Shown here: piece after piece, positions 62,642 through 64,000 of the stretch | Numbering within the stretch: position 1 is the stretch's first letter | Layout: each line of letters starts with the position of its first letter | From: Isosphaeraceae bacterium | GTDB taxonomy: Bacteria > Planctomycetota > Planctomycetia > Isosphaerales > Isosphaeraceae | Direction of reading: 5' to 3' | Length of the DNA stretch: 64,000 nt | Assembly (NCBI GenBank): GCA_033763215.1 | Contig: JANRKW010000014.1 | Location: 68,214 to 132,213, forward strand | Position numbers and translations under genes: made by a program | The notes under the pieces: generated by a model | The model's input: the letters and a program-made list of their open reading frames with translations, nothing else | Told to the model about the DNA's origin: nothing | Database searches by the model: none

Positions 62642-64000
62642 ATGATCCATCGCATGGTCGCTCTCGGTCTCTTCGTGTTCTTCGTGACCGCATGTGCGAG
62701 TGCGACTGCGCAAACATCGTATCCGATGATCACGCGAGTCGAACCAGCCGCATGGTGTCGCGGTGAGAGTCGGAGGGTGTCGATCAGCGGCGTCGGAGAC
62801 TTCTCGGGAGCATCGCGTCTGCTCTTCTCGGCTCCAGGCATCGAAGGGTCGATCGTTGGGCACGAGGCCGGCGCCGCCGATTCGAAGTCGGGCCCTGCGA
62901 TGAAGGCGACGAGCAAGACGTCGACGACCGCCGAGATCGTGGTCCGTCCCGACGCGCCGCTCGGACCGGTCGAGGTGCGCGTGGTGACTCCCCAAGGGGT
63001 CTCGTCGATCGGCATGGCCGTGATCACGGCGGATCCCGTGGTCGATGAAGGGGACGACAAGGCGAACGGCAAGCCCGAGACTGCGCCGCGGATCGCTCTC
63101 CCGTGCGCCGTTTCGGGAAAGATCGGCGTCGAGGAAGACGTCGATCGGTTCATCGTTCGGGCGAATCGGGGCGAGACGCTGTCGTTCGAGGTCTGGGCGA
63201 ACCGACTCGAGGACAAGATTCACGACCTTCAGACGCATCTCGATCCCATCCTCGTCTTGACCGATGCTCGCGGTCGCGAGTTGGCTTCCAACGACAACGC
63301 GAGGTTTGCGGATCCGGCTCTCGAGTTCGAAATCCCCGAAACGGGCGACTACCGGGTCGAGATCCGCGACGCGGGCTATGCGGGAAACGTCAACTGGAGC
63401 TATGTCCTACTCGCGGCGCGTCGGCCGTCGCCGTTCGCGATCTTCCCGAGTGCAGTGCCTCGGGGGAGCGAGGTGGAGGTCGAACCGATCGTCGCTAGAC
63501 CGGAAGCGTCGGGGCGAGTTCGACTTCGTCTCGATCCCTCGGTGCCGGTTGGTCCCGGAGCTTTTCCGCTGAAGCTCTCGGACGCGATCACGTGGCCGGT
63601 GCCGATGTTCGTCACCGACCATCCGATCGTGGTCGAGCAGGGAGACGCGCCTTCCCAGGCGGGCGGTCTCGAACTCGAGACTCCGGTTGCGTTCTCGGGC
63701 AGGCTCCTGGAGGCGGGCGACATCGATCGATTCACCGTGGCGGTCCAGAAGGGCCGGCGATACGACTTCGAGGTGGTTGCCCGAAGGATCGGATCCGAAC
63801 TCGATCCGACGATGCGGCTTCTCGACCCGGCGGGGAAGACGCTCGCGGAGGTCGACGACTCCCCTTCGCTCGGTAAGGACGCCCGCGTCGAGTGGACCTC
63901 GACCTTCGACGGCTCGCTCAGCGTCGAGATCTCCGATCTCCATGCTCGCGGCGGACGCTCGTTCGGCTACGCTCTGATTGCTCGCGCTGCGGCACCCGAC
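62642..64000 (+). CDS. Secreted protein with repeated PPC-like (pre-peptidase C-terminal) beta-sandwich modules. Partial; it runs off the window end.
   Basis: ATG at 62642 gives MIHRMVALGLFVFFVTACASATA (signal). Repeated modules GKIGVEEDVDRFIVRANRGETLSFEV...DPILVLTDARGRELASND and GRLLEAGDIDRFTVAVQKGRRYDFEV...DPTMRLLDPAGKTLAEVDD. No stop codon before position 64000. Confidence 0.6.
   Translation, partial: MIHRMVALGLFVFFVTACASATAQTSYPMITRVEPAAWCRGESRRVSISGVGDFSGASRLLFSAPGIEGSIVGHEAGAADSKSGPAMKATSKTSTTAEIVVRPDAPLGPVEVRVVTPQGVSSIGMAVITADPVVDEGDDKANGKPETAPRIALPCAVSGKIGVEEDVDRFIVRANRGETLSFEVWANRLEDKIHDLQTHLDPILVLTDARGRELASNDNARFADPALEFEIPETGDYRVEIRDAGYAGNVNWSYVLLAARRPSPFAIFPSAVPRGSEVEVEPIVARPEASGRVRLRLDPSVPVGPGAFPLKLSDAITWPVPMFVTDHPIVVEQGDAPSQAGGLELETPVAFSGRLLEAGDIDRFTVAVQKGRRYDFEVVARRIGSELDPTMRLLDPAGKTLAEVDDSPSLGKDARVEWTSTFDGSLSVEISDLHARGGRSFGYALIARAAAPD

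Noticed and set aside
1-64000. CRISPR arrays, tandem repeats, IS elements, integrases and phage genes
   Set aside because: No regularly spaced direct repeats, transposase or recombinase motifs, or phage structural proteins were seen on either strand. The only repetitive sequence is low-complexity coding, namely the Pro/Ala/Ser linker in 3.3-4.3 kb and the Gly-rich protein at ~38 kb.

Overview
The window is chromosomal DNA of very high GC content, roughly 68-70% by eye. Almost every codon ends in G or C, and each real gene is shadowed by long Arg/Pro/Ala-rich antisense ORFs. The gene content points to a Planctomycetes-type organism: a DUF1549/DUF1553 (PSCyt2/PSD1) protein, a PSCyt1-WD40 protein, and secreted proteins with an N-terminal LE[KR]REVLS motif. 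The window is gene-dense and mostly housekeeping. Visible genes include fhs, a CPA-type cation:proton antiporter, a phosphohexomutase, uvrC, an ABC-F ATPase, sppA, mutS, lpxA, ribD, tRNA-Gln(UUG), moaD-moaE-moaA and uvrA. From about 50.7 kb to 58.3 kb there is a cell-surface glycan biosynthesis locus with two GT2 genes, a polyprenyl glycosylphosphotransferase, a GT39-like membrane glycosyltransferase, a GT4 gene and an SGNH/GDSL-like membrane protein. No CRISPR array, transposase, integrase or phage genes were seen. The most unusual items are two domain fusions, a eukaryote/archaea-like GTPase and an interrupted rex gene. The first fusion is one 1221-aa ORF joining a complete POT (proton-dependent oligopeptide transporter) di/tripeptide transporter to a complete signal-peptide-bearing S9 prolyl-oligopeptidase-family peptidase. 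The second is a class-II-like CPD photolyase fused to a COG3380/renalase-like FAD oxidoreductase. Smaller items are a DRG/Rbg1-like TGS-domain GTPase next to a response regulator, a rex gene interrupted by one in-frame TAG, a Gfo/Idh/MocA oxidoreductase directly upstream of lpxA (a GnnA candidate), a vapBC toxin-antitoxin pair, and three isolated low-GC intergenic islands. In the 45.8-47.9 kb region my reading of the printed sequence differed by one base from the ORF track; I used the track coordinates, so boundaries there may be off by 1 nt.
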